From the sequence record MN871446.1: a stretch of DNA of 64,000 bases, one strand, 5' to 3'. This document shows, piece by piece, positions 9,156-17,465 of the stretch. The notes under the pieces were generated by a model. That model was not told where the DNA came from. It did no database searches and saw only the letters and a program-made list of their open reading frames with translations. Each line of letters opens with the position of its first letter. Positions within the stretch are counted from its first letter, which is position 1. A program made the translations under genes and the position numbers. This DNA comes from Klebsiella phage KpLz-2_45.

Positions 9156-9608
9156 TTATTGACCAGCGATTAACGCGTTCTCTAACACCAAACGAAGAAT
9201 CTTATCGTTCAGGTCGTCACGGTTAGTGGGCGAAGTAATCCGCTTTTTACGCAGTCCTTCTGCGACCGTTCCCGTATTGAACTCGAGTGTAAGGTAGCCC
9301 ACGTCTTCTTTCTTGTCTTCCAGCCAACGATATTCATACTCGAATTTTCTGTCATCATACGCGACAGGGTGGCGAGAAACAATACGGTAGGTGCGGCACA
9401 TCACTTTATTTTGAAGATCACTGTAGAGCTTGTAGATCTCCATTTTAGTGACTTGACCTTTGACTTCCCGGTAATTCTCTGCCGAGAGTTCCGCGATCAG
9501 TTTACCGTCCTTTGCCAAGAGCAGGTTTCCGTGATGGATAGTCGCAACCATCCCGTCTTCACGGCGCTCTTGTAGACCGGCGCAGCCTGTTAGTTCAAAT
9601 GTAATCAC
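9156..9608 (-). CDS. hypothetical protein
   Basis: 150-aa ORF. Confidence 0.5.
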   Translation of the reverse strand: MITFELTGCAGLQERREDGMVATIHHGNLLLAKDGKLIAELSAENYREVKGQVTKMEIYKLYSDLQNKVMCRTYRIVSRHPVAYDDRKFEYEYRWLEDKKEDVGYLTLEFNTGTVAEGLRKKRITSPTNRDDLNDKILRLVLENALIAGQ

Positions 9609-10113
9609 TGAGTAATCCTTTAAAAAGTTTGAAAGCTTCTGGTTGGTAACCGATTTGTTCTGGGGCTTCCGAAGGACTGAGAAGGTAAAACCGATTCTCC
9701 TCGTCTTCTTGCCAAAGGAAATGATCCCGATAATCTAATAACCCATCAGGGTATAAAAGATCGTAATAATAATCCCCTACTTTCAATAACGAATGACCAA
9801 AACAAAAATCAGTCGGCGTATTGTCGTCGTAAGAAATCTCTTGGTAATAAAATAAAAATTCTTCCGGGTGATCGGTACACAGTTCTTTACCTAAATCACT
9901 GATGGCTAAGCAACACCCTGAATAGACTTCGCCAGGGCCTTGATCCGCTGAACCGTATAACCAGATATCAAAATCATCGCCTGGAACAAAACCGATTTCT
10001 TTCGCCCGCACTATCCCCCAGTCCCAACAATGTTGACCGAGATTTAGGTTGTTAGTCAGAAAGAACTCCTTGTAGACTTTCCTCAACAAATGCAGGTATT
10101 CACTTGTCGTCAT
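9595..10113 (-). CDS. hypothetical protein (start trimmed to the internal Met MTTSEYL)
   Basis: The track ORF 9595..10251 overlaps the upstream gene by 137 nt. The Met at 10113 lies 1 nt after the upstream stop (10115), which suggests translational coupling. Contains GQHCWDWG and a later FGHS segment, a weak papain-like Cys/His arrangement. Confidence 0.4.
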   Translation of the reverse strand: MTTSEYLHLLRKVYKEFFLTNNLNLGQHCWDWGIVRAKEIGFVPGDDFDIWLYGSADQGPGEVYSGCCLAISDLGKELCTDHPEEFLFYYQEISYDDNTPTDFCFGHSLLKVGDYYYDLLYPDGLLDYRDHFLWQEDEENRFYLLSPSEAPEQIGYQPEAFKLFKGLLSDYI

Positions 10114-10114
10114 C

Positions 10115-10459
10115 TTATTCGATCCTGTCGGTGTAATTTCCGTACCACCATCCATCCGGCGCCAACGTGACAACGATCCGACTTCCGCCTTCCAATGGAA
10201 TCCATTCCTTATCAAAAACGTATTTAACAGGCCATGATGTCTCGTTGGCACGGACGCGTCTTCCCACGTTACTCTCTAAAGGAAGAAACCGGAATCGAAA
10301 CATTTCTTTATTTTCCAGGGTTCCAATTTCTACCTTGACGTCAGGTATTCGACAACTTCTACGAACCGCCCGGGAAAAGGTAGCGATGATTCTTTTTTCA
10401 TTGCGATAAAATTTAACACAAGGTGTAGTTTTAATTATACTCATAGGCAATTTCATCAA
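10115..10459 (-). CDS. hypothetical protein
   Basis: 114-aa ORF. Confidence 0.45.
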   Translation of the reverse strand: MMKLPMSIIKTTPCVKFYRNEKRIIATFSRAVRRSCRIPDVKVEIGTLENKEMFRFRFLPLESNVGRRVRANETSWPVKYVFDKEWIPLEGGSRIVVTLAPDGWWYGNYTDRIE

Positions 10460-10484
10460 AAAAACCCTCTTAACGATTATAGAA

Positions 10485-10512
10485 CCTCTAGAGACGGAAA
10501 CGTCTCTAGAGG
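10485..10512. terminator. perfect 12-bp inverted repeat, likely terminator or RNA stability hairpin
   Basis: CCTCTAGAGACG GAAA CGTCTCTAGAGG. T-rich 3' flank on the plus side. Sits just downstream of the stop of the minus-strand gene 10525..11205. Confidence 0.5.
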
Positions 10513-10524
10513 GGAGTATTTTAT

Positions 10525-11205
10525 TCAGCGAGGTGAATGGTTATCTGCAAGGGCTATAGGTAACTGGTTCTGAAACGCGTAAAGCGTGACTTCCTGTTTA
10601 TACGCCTTGCGGTGATTTGAAACGACGGAGTTGACGTATTGCTTGAATCCGGCAACTGTGCGGGGTTTACCTTTATCAGTGTAGAAGTACGCGCGATTAC
10701 CTGCTGCGCCTCCTGCCACCCTTACCGCTAACCGATCATTTCGTGCCTTCAATATTTTCACTGCACCGCCGGGTCCTAACAGATGGGCCATGTAGATTTC
10801 ATTGATCCCGACCTGACGCTGGAGTGAACGCTCTAAAAACTCTTTGTTCTCCTTCATGTACGCTACCGCCATAAGCGTGTTCGCACGTGAGTTTTTTACA
10901 CTGGTTCCGGGTTTGACCCCGTACTGTTTACCGTACTTCTTTACCGTGGCTCGCCACGTTCGATCTGTAAAACCAAATAGTCCTTTTGCTGAAGAGTGTT
11001 TATTGTGCATACCGGCGCCCATCGTACTTTCAATGGAAGCCATGGTAACCAAGTCAATCATTTTAACGTCGGTTTTTTGAGATACTCGATATAAGGTATC
11101 GCTATGCTTTGCAAAGCCTACGCTATTAGTCGAGACAGATGCGGTTGCTGGGGTAGCAATAATGCTTACCAGGCAAAGGACAAGCGCCCAGAAATAGTTT
11201 GGCAT
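10525..11205 (-). CDS. lytic transglycosylase (phiKZ gp144-type catalytic domain) with N-terminal signal/SAR-like hydrophobic segment
   Basis: N-terminus [24 protein letters not shown] is a hydrophobic stretch rich in A/S/T. Catalytic motif [11 protein letters not shown] plus [10 protein letters not shown] and [11 protein letters not shown] match SLT-family motifs. These segments align collinearly with the catalytic half of phiKZ gp144, recalled from memory as [34 protein letters not shown]. Confidence 0.8.
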   Translation of the reverse strand: [226 protein letters not shown]

Positions 11206-11301
11206 TTCTCATATTTCCTATTCAAATCAAAAGAAAGCCAAGGTAACCCTTGGTTACGTATCTCAACGTAACCGGGCATACCCTGACTATAGAAAGGCGA
11301 A

Positions 11302-11949
11302 CTATTGTACCGAAATCACCCGCTCTTTCATCAAAGGGAAATCAAGATTCGTCCGGAAATCGACAATCTCGTGATCAAAGAAGCTGATATAGACGCGTTC
11401 ACGGTCAACCAGATTACCAATAACAAAACGCGTAGTACCGAGTCGGATATGTTCCGCGACGACACTGAATGCGTACAGCAGCTCACCCGGATTAAACGGT
11501 ATACTGTTCCCCTCGACGTTATCGACAGGCAATGACAATACTTCTGCCGCCACGAAGATGTGTGTTGTTCCTCGATGCCACCATGCGTATTTGTGCACGC
11601 CTTCTTTCACCTTCAACATCACCGCAGGAATATCCGGGCGAGTGAGATCAAGAGCAATCTGCTGCACTGTTGGGAAAGTCGCACAGAGTTCAAAGAGTAC
11701 CCAGAAGAGATCTTTGTGATCCTCTCCTACCGCTGCATTCAGTTCCTCAATAGCGGTTGCGCTACCGTACTGACCGATAACACTACTGAAGACAACGGGT
11801 TCGTCCAATAACTTGCTCCCTGGGTGTGGCACGTTCTCGAAGTTTTGAGTTTCTTCCGCACTGATTGGAACGGTCAGGGTCAAAGTTTCCGTAGCGTTAT
11901 CCAACGTGAAGTTACCGGTCTGGAAGATTTTAAGTTCTGGTTTACTCAT
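11302..11949 (-). CDS. hypothetical protein
   Basis: 215-aa ORF. Upstream leader ACTAACCTTAATACGGAAAAGAAAATG resembles the recurrent leader motif. Confidence 0.5.
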   Translation of the reverse strand: MSKPELKIFQTGNFTLDNATETLTLTVPISAEETQNFENVPHPGSKLLDEPVVFSSVIGQYGSATAIEELNAAVGEDHKDLFWVLFELCATFPTVQQIALDLTRPDIPAVMLKVKEGVHKYAWWHRGTTHIFVAAEVLSLPVDNVEGNSIPFNPGELLYAFSVVAEHIRLGTTRFVIGNLVDRERVYISFFDHEIVDFRTNLDFPLMKERVISVQ

Positions 11950-12148
11950 TTTCTTTTCCGTATTAAGGTTAGTCTAACAAATCAAGAGAAGGTAACGTGA
12001 CTTTGCAAATCGAAGTCAAGGTCAACTACTTAACCGTTATGACTTTTAGAGTCATAACTCTAAGGATGGACCTACGGTCTAATTAACGCACAGGCTTCGC
12101 CGTGCGAAGGTCAACAGATAAATATAAATAAATTTATTTTTCGATGAA

Positions 12149-12556
12149 TCAACTTTTGTACAACGCGATTACCTTCAAAATCTCACTGACCATCGAATCG
12201 GGAAGTTTGAAATCGTTCCGTTCCATTTGTTCCTTAAAGAGACGAATCTCTTTCAATGACCGATCCACTCGTAAACCGAAACGATCTCCTAACCAGAACA
12301 ACATCGGGTTTTTCATAAAACGTTTCAGTAGGCGTTGCTCGGGTTCCGTCAGTTCGTCAAACGTCCGTAAGACTTTAATGCGTAAGAGCAGCGGACGGCG
12401 TTTCGGGGATTCTAAGTAACGAGAGAGACGTTCAAAGAGTTCATTGTCAGAAATCTCTGGATTTTTCTCAGAAGGGATTAACCGATCGATATAGTCATCA
12501 CTGAATCCAAAAGAGCGAAGGAAACGTTCCGCAACGTCATAGTGGCGAATGGCCAT
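12149..12556 (-). CDS. hypothetical protein
   Basis: 135-aa ORF. Leader TACTAACTAGAGGAG is upstream of the ATG. Confidence 0.5.
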   Translation of the reverse strand: MAIRHYDVAERFLRSFGFSDDYIDRLIPSEKNPEISDNELFERLSRYLESPKRRPLLLRIKVLRTFDELTEPEQRLLKRFMKNPMLFWLGDRFGLRVDRSLKEIRLFKEQMERNDFKLPDSMVSEILKVIALYKS

Positions 12557-12612
12557 GGTAATACTCCTCTAGTTAGTACATTCAATAACGTGATATAGTT
12601 TTTAATTCAATT

Positions 12613-12649
12613 TGAAACAAAAAAAAAGAAAGGGGCGAACCCCTCTCTT
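12613..12649 (-). terminator. intrinsic terminator
   Basis: Imperfect stem AGAAAGGGG/CCCCTCTCT (9 of 10 bp). On the minus strand it is followed by TTTTTTTTT. Confidence 0.65.
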
Positions 12650-12650
12650 T

Positions 12651-13016
12651 TCAGCTGATCGGAACGATCTCGAGAAACCGTTTACTGACAGTAATACGGC
12701 TCCGTTTTCGTTTCGCCAACGCACGTTCCAGCACCGCCCGCAGTTTGATTGCTTGTAGCCGGGTTAAGTCCCAGACAATCTCTTTGCGCGTGACACATTT
12801 CCAGAACCCCCAGTAAGCGCCCGTGGAGATACGGATGATATTGTTCTCAGAAGCGATGAGACGCTCTCTCAGCGTCGGTAATTCCAACGTCAGTAAATGA
12901 CCAGGGGTTTTGATAGAGTCGGTTAGCTTGTCATTCAGCGCGTTATAGAGCGCTTTCATTTCACGGGGCTCGATAACCATATCTCGATACCCGTAAACTT
13001 GAATCTCAACGGCCAT
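12651..13016 (-). CDS. hypothetical protein, tandem paralogue A
   Basis: 121 aa. C-terminal W..TR.QA..L...LE.A.LAKR.RS.R..VS is shared with the adjacent ORF. Confidence 0.55.
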   Translation of the reverse strand: MAVEIQVYGYRDMVIEPREMKALYNALNDKLTDSIKTPGHLLTLELPTLRERLIASENNIIRISTGAYWGFWKCVTRKEIVWDLTRLQAIKLRAVLERALAKRKRSRITVSKRFLEIVPIS

Positions 13017-13371
13017 TTTTATTTACCGCCATCAGCTGAATTTGAGAAAAACGCACTTGGTTAAAAGACATCACCAGTCGATCAGATTGACGTTTCGCTA
13101 AGAAAGCTTCGCAACGTAACATCAAACGAAACGCCTGACTGCGAGTTAGCTTCCAGTAGTGACGATTGCCTAACCAGATCTGAAGAAGACCGTCGTCAAT
13201 ATCGATGACACGGACCAGAATATCTTCGCCCTGATTTTCTTCAAGGTCAGCGGCGATAGTCGCCCGGAGCTTTTTGGCGTAGTGACGACTAAGAACCATC
13301 TTAGGGACAATAGTATTTTCTTTTTCTTTCGCTGAGTCCCATTGTTTGGCAACGTTCTGAGTAAAGTTCAT
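13006..13371 (-). CDS. hypothetical protein, tandem paralogue B
   Basis: 121 aa. WKLTRSQAFRLMLRCEAFLAKRQSDRLVMS aligns with paralogue A. Preceded by the conserved leader AACTAAACCAATAAGGAATTCAAAATG. Confidence 0.55.
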   Translation of the reverse strand: MNFTQNVAKQWDSAKEKENTIVPKMVLSRHYAKKLRATIAADLEENQGEDILVRVIDIDDGLLQIWLGNRHYWKLTRSQAFRLMLRCEAFLAKRQSDRLVMSFNQVRFSQIQLMAVNKNGR

Positions 13372-13439
13372 TTTGAATTCCTTATTGGTTTAGTTAGCAT
13401 AGTCCTTCGGTCAAACGACCGAAGGAAGTGTAAATAGGA

Positions 13440-13829
13440 TTAAGCGGCTTCAGCCATTTTGATACGAATTTCTGAAGGGAAATCGAAACCAACTTCTTTC
13501 CCTGGGCGCAATGCTTCCTGACGAGAAGCAACTTCGATGCGAACGTTTTTACGAATCTGAATACCAAAGCCCAGATCGGTTTTGTAACATTCGATGTCAC
13601 GGTATTTATCGTTGGTGTTTTCAATGGCGTTCAGTAACAGCCATTTGATATCACCTTTACGGTCGAAGGCAATGTCTTGCAGCTGCGCATAAAGCGGGTA
13701 GTATTCGGTTTCGAAAAGAATCTGTGCCGGAGTATCGACGAATTCAGTTTCGTGGTAAAGCGCTCTCAGTAAACCGGCGATGCGAGCAGCGGTGATAGCG
13801 AGGGTTTGTTTATCAGTGAAAGTGATCAT
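13440..13829 (-). CDS. hypothetical protein
   Basis: 129-aa ORF. Hairpin CCTTCGGTC AAAC GACCGAAGG lies in its 3' flank (13402-13425). Confidence 0.5.
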   Translation of the reverse strand: MITFTDKQTLAITAARIAGLLRALYHETEFVDTPAQILFETEYYPLYAQLQDIAFDRKGDIKWLLLNAIENTNDKYRDIECYKTDLGFGIQIRKNVRIEVASRQEALRPGKEVGFDFPSEIRIKMAEAA

Positions 13830-13870
13830 TTTTGGATACTCCGGTAGAATTGTTGAGGTAAAAGAATGTC

Positions 13871-14191
13871 TTAGGAAATGTTTTTAACTAACCGTTTGAA
13901 GACGCCCGCATCGATAGTGAAGCAAACGATGCTCGCGGGTTCGACGTAATGATTGGTCAGCGTGAAGATGTAGTCGTCGTAGGTTTGCAGTATCTTCAAT
14001 GCCGCCTCGTAGACGCTATGGTCTGCTTTACGAACTAATACAACGGTGTTGTACGAATCCCCGGGCAGGAGAAGGCGATCGCCCAGCGCGTTGGCGTCAT
14101 CGTGGGAAAAGATCAGCTCGATACTGCGGACGTCGTTTGATTCGATATCGTTCTCGAGAAAGACCACGGAGTTCATTTTTGAAAAGCGCAT
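13871..14191 (-). CDS. hypothetical protein
   Basis: 106-aa ORF. Leader CAACCAATAGAGG is upstream. Confidence 0.5.
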   Translation of the reverse strand: MRFSKMNSVVFLENDIESNDVRSIELIFSHDDANALGDRLLLPGDSYNTVVLVRKADHSVYEAALKILQTYDDYIFTLTNHYVEPASIVCFTIDAGVFKRLVKNIS

Positions 14192-14200
14192 GTTTAACCT

Positions 14201-14878
14201 CTATTGGTTGAAAACGGAAATGAAGCGACTTACAACGCGAATACGACCTTTACCCGGACCACGTTTAATTGGGCTCGACAGCGTGAGACGATATGCTTTT
14301 ATTACATCGCCATCAAAATCTACAAAGCCAGGGGCGCTAGGTCCTTTATTTGCATAAAGACCAATGACCGGACTACCAGAAATACCATAACCATTACTTG
14401 GCTCCGTAGAAAACATAGAGTGGTTGGTGGTTTGCTCCGAAAGTCGGAGTAATGCTGCGACATCTTTATCGTTGATTGTGTCAGCGTCTTCAAAAACAAC
14501 GACTTTAGAATTATCGGGTGTGCCGTAGATATCTACCTGAGGAGTATCTTCGAGACGAACTACTTCAAACGGTTCTTCTGAAAGCGTAATAATTTCTTTC
14601 AATCCATCAATGATCGAAGACGCCGCAATAAGGGTTAACTCTTCCCCAGATGGTGTTGAATCACGAATAGAACCTCGCGTTGTTGATACAGAAATTAGCA
14701 TCCTTCTCACTGCGCTATTCATTATAAACACTTCGGTTAACGGTAGGTTGTAGAACACCTCTGCGCGCTGAATCAACTGGTAAGCAATTTCAATCCGGGA
14801 AATTTCCGTGTCCTTTACAGTGTCAAACCATGCCAGAATATCTTTAGCCGTTTCTACGGTTGTTTTTAAGTCAGTCAT
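14201..14878 (-). CDS. hypothetical protein
   Basis: 225-aa ORF. First gene of the leftward block after the divergent junction. Contains an isolated DFDGD pentapeptide (see noticed_but_rejected). Confidence 0.5.
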   Translation of the reverse strand: MTDLKTTVETAKDILAWFDTVKDTEISRIEIAYQLIQRAEVFYNLPLTEVFIMNSAVRRMLISVSTTRGSIRDSTPSGEELTLIAASSIIDGLKEIITLSEEPFEVVRLEDTPQVDIYGTPDNSKVVVFEDADTINDKDVAALLRLSEQTTNHSMFSTEPSNGYGISGSPVIGLYANKGPSAPGFVDFDGDVIKAYRLTLSSPIKRGPGKGRIRVVSRFISVFNQ

Positions 14879-14985
14879 TTTCTTTTCCTCTAAGCTTAGT
14901 TATTCAGAAAGGTCTTTCCTTTCCTTCTTCACCTTGGCTATATATACATCAAAAAAACTGCATTTCATTCTCTTAGAAAGTTTTT
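14879..14985. promoter_or_regulatory. conserved divergent intergenic cassette, copy A
   Basis: Minus-gene leader variant AACTAAGCTTAGAGG sits next to the ATG at 14878. A pyrimidine tract TTTCCTTTCC follows. Then comes the box CACCTTGGCTATATATACATCAAAAAAACTGCATTTC (14930-14966), which ends about 20 nt upstream of the plus-strand ATG at 14986. The box is nearly identical to copy B. Confidence 0.5.
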
Positions 14986-16272
14986 ATGTTACCCATTCTA
15001 ATTTTGAAGGACACTGTTGTGGAAATCAAAAACCTTTTTGACGATCGTTTTAAGAACGTCGTTTACGATAGTCGCTTTGCCAGGGATGTCGCTGTTTTCA
15101 CGAAGACCTTCGAAAACAAAGGCGAACATGCAAACTTCTTTGGTAGCGGTCTACTCGGCACCGTCAGGATTCGTTGGACAAACACCGAAACCAACGGGTT
15201 CTTTGATGACATTTTAAAAATCGACCCCGATGACCTGAAAGCTGACATCGACGAACTGGATTGCATCGATCCAAGTCATATCGTGACTACGGACGCCTTT
15301 AACTTGATGATCGTCTACTGCGTCCATCGTGCGATGACCAGTGGTAAACTCTCAGCGGTACAACGAAAAGAAACCGCGATTAACCTGTTAAGAATTCTCC
15401 ACTTTAAATTCATCTGCGGGATCATCACCCGTTACTTCCCGCATGGAACAGACGTACAGATCGCACTGCGGACGTATGAGGCCATGACTAACCGCTTCGA
15501 CCTCAAGATCTACAAGACTTGGGGCAAACTCATTACGGCCCGCGCACAGTCAATTATTGAGCCTCACGGCATCCACGCGAAAACGATCCAGACCTTCACT
15601 GACGACGACGCTGTCAAGTACATGCTCTCGGATATCCAGACCCGTATTCGAACCGTGATCAAAACGTTAACGGCGCTCTATTACCAGGTCAGAGAAAACG
15701 ATGGTCGAGTTATCTCGGTCTCCAGTATGGTTGAGGTCGAGGGTAACCTCGAGCTGCGAGACGTTAAACGTGCCTTCCCGAAATACCGGCGTTACCTCTT
15801 TGAACAAATGACTGACCCGGCTAGTTTTATACGTTTGGAGTTAGTGGATATTCTGACAAAGAATGCCCCTTCGCAGAAAAAAGCGTTAATTGCCACGTTG
15901 CAATATACCAGCTTGCATGTCATTAACCCGGAAACGTTATTTAACACCAACCGTGGGAAAGAAGTTAAGCAGAGTAAAGAAACGCGTCAATTGGTTGAGT
16001 TTACGGAAAGAACGCTCGAATATACTTTCGACTTTATTCACGGTAAGGGAATCAACCCACGCAACCTCGTCGAGTTAATCGGCAGCATCAAAGCGGTATT
16101 GAACGCCTCCCGTAACAAAGAACCGGAGGTCATGTACCTCAGAACCGAAGGCGATAAGATTGTGCGTGCAGCCACCGGTAAACGCGAACCTACGCCAGTC
16201 TCTGCGGAACGAACATCGTTTATTCTGTATTTGATTCTGCGTACCCTGACAATGAACTACTACCAAAATTAA
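14986..16272 (+). CDS. hypothetical protein
   Basis: 428-aa ORF with no SD before the ATG. An alternative GTG start at 15019 has an AAGGA SD. Followed by a bidirectional terminator. Confidence 0.55.
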   Translation: MLPILILKDTVVEIKNLFDDRFKNVVYDSRFARDVAVFTKTFENKGEHANFFGSGLLGTVRIRWTNTETNGFFDDILKIDPDDLKADIDELDCIDPSHIVTTDAFNLMIVYCVHRAMTSGKLSAVQRKETAINLLRILHFKFICGIITRYFPHGTDVQIALRTYEAMTNRFDLKIYKTWGKLITARAQSIIEPHGIHAKTIQTFTDDDAVKYMLSDIQTRIRTVIKTLTALYYQVRENDGRVISVSSMVEVEGNLELRDVKRAFPKYRRYLFEQMTDPASFIRLELVDILTKNAPSQKKALIATLQYTSLHVINPETLFNTNRGKEVKQSKETRQLVEFTERTLEYTFDFIHGKGINPRNLVELIGSIKAVLNASRNKEPEVMYLRTEGDKIVRAATGKREPTPVSAERTSFILYLILRTLTMNYYQN

Positions 16273-16315
16273 ACCAAAAAAAAAGAGAGGGGTAACCCTC
16301 TCTTTTTATATTTTC
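16272..16315. terminator. bidirectional intrinsic terminator
   Basis: Stem AGAGAGGG/CCCTCTCT with GTAA loop. Flanked by AAAAAAAAA on the left and TTTTTATATTTT on the right, so it can serve the convergent genes 14986..16272 (+) and 16317..17363 (-). Confidence 0.8.
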
Positions 16316-16316
16316 G

Positions 16317-17363
16317 TTATAACCCGATTTGTTTCGCCAGTCGGCAATAACCACGATAGAATGCGTCGATCAGAAGATTCTCCAGAAGCGGAATGGAAGC
16401 GATACTCTGTCCAAAGACGTTGTAGTTCCAGGTGACGTGTTTGCGTACCGCACAGGTGTTCTCGGGTCGTGGGCCTTTCACCATATAGGCAATATCACCT
16501 ACGCTGGAAGTTAACACCCAACGCCCCTGATCTTCCCGGTATTCGACGTCCGTGATAAAGCGATCGGTTTTAAACTCTTCTTCGCTCAACGGTGAACCGA
16601 TGATATCTTCCACTGCTTTTCGCATGTAAGAATCAATCAGCGGGATTTTCTCGACGTTTCCGTCGATATGGTAACCAAACCCCTTACCGAGTATTGACCC
16701 TACGTAGAAGCCTTCACAGGTGTCTTTATCGTTGGATCGATTAATCAGCTTTAGAACAAGGTCGGTTGTGCTGTCAAAGAACAGGGCAACGTTCGGGAGA
16801 AACTGGTATTCACCGCGGCGTTGACAAACCACTTTGTGCGCCCAGCTTAATTCGAAGTGTTCCCGCATGTACAGGATAAAATCTTCACCCAGTTGTTTCT
16901 GCCAGGTACGGCCGTAAAAGTCACCGGTCCACGTACTCTTGTCGTCGGCCATGGTTCCGACTGCGATCGGGCGACCATTCATCAACAACGTCCGCTGCAT
17001 GACATGAATTTTAAAACGACAGTTGAGCATAAACCGTGCTCGCGCTTTCTGACCAATAAACCCTTGGAAAGCGTGTTGGATCGCCAGGAAACTAAACGGG
17101 CTTTTCGTTTCCTGAGTGAAATGATACCGCGTAGTATCGCCGCCTTCGGTAACGAAGACAAGGTGTTTCATTTCTAAGGTAGGGTTAGTGCTAAACCGTA
17201 AAACAATATTGTCGTCCTTGTCCGTAAAGATAAATCCGTTTTCGTTACGATAACCAAAAAGACGATCTTTTTTACTGATCTCCAAAACCCCTTCGTAGTG
17301 AAAATCAGTCCCTGTTTTCTTATCGTAAACGGTACTGTAAACAAACGTTTCTATCGTTGCCAT
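16317..17363 (-). CDS. hypothetical protein
   Basis: 348-aa ORF immediately downstream of the terminase. RBS AAAAGGAG is upstream. Confidence 0.55.
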   Translation of the reverse strand: MATIETFVYSTVYDKKTGTDFHYEGVLEISKKDRLFGYRNENGFIFTDKDDNIVLRFSTNPTLEMKHLVFVTEGGDTTRYHFTQETKSPFSFLAIQHAFQGFIGQKARARFMLNCRFKIHVMQRTLLMNGRPIAVGTMADDKSTWTGDFYGRTWQKQLGEDFILYMREHFELSWAHKVVCQRRGEYQFLPNVALFFDSTTDLVLKLINRSNDKDTCEGFYVGSILGKGFGYHIDGNVEKIPLIDSYMRKAVEDIIGSPLSEEEFKTDRFITDVEYREDQGRWVLTSSVGDIAYMVKGPRPENTCAVRKHVTWNYNVFGQSIASIPLLENLLIDAFYRGYCRLAKQIGL

Positions 17364-17379
17364 GTCGATCTCCTTTTAG

Positions 17380-17421
17380 TGTGGATAATAAAAAGAATGT
17401 CAGCAATAACGCCGACATTCT
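17380..17421 (-). terminator. intrinsic terminator after the terminase gene
   Basis: Stem AGAATGTC/GACATTCT with a 12-nt loop. On the minus strand it is followed by CTTTTTATTATCC. Confidence 0.55.
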
Positions 17422-17465
17422 GTTGCGTATTTCAATAGAGTGATATATTCGTCTATTGTTTTCGA

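Noticed and set aside
11950-12148. Possible tRNA or structured RNA in a 200-bp intergenic region with several short hairpins (GTTATGACT TTTA GAGTCATAAC, CTTCGC CGTG CGAAGG)
   Set aside because: No cloverleaf could be assembled. No T-loop GTTC(G/A)AATC and no 7-bp acceptor pairing are present. More likely a promoter or leader region for gene 11302-11949.
13170-13352. 60-aa ORF nested in paralogue B; likewise the many 60-90-aa ORFs on the opposite strand of long genes (e.g. 17593-18089, 20173-20967, 22235-23836, 58054-59421)
   Set aside because: They are nested in or antisense to well-supported genes. They have no RBS and are basic or low-complexity. They are treated as statistical ORFs.
14201-14878. 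DFDGD pentapeptide (…GFVDFDGDVIKAY…), suggestive of the RNAP beta-prime catalytic motif in a possible split-RNAP phage
   Set aside because: The protein is only 225 aa and the motif sits 30 residues from its C-terminus. The flanking NADFDGD(Q/N)M context and all other beta-prime landmarks (zinc finger, lid, rudder, bridge helix) are absent. A single 5-mer is within chance expectation.
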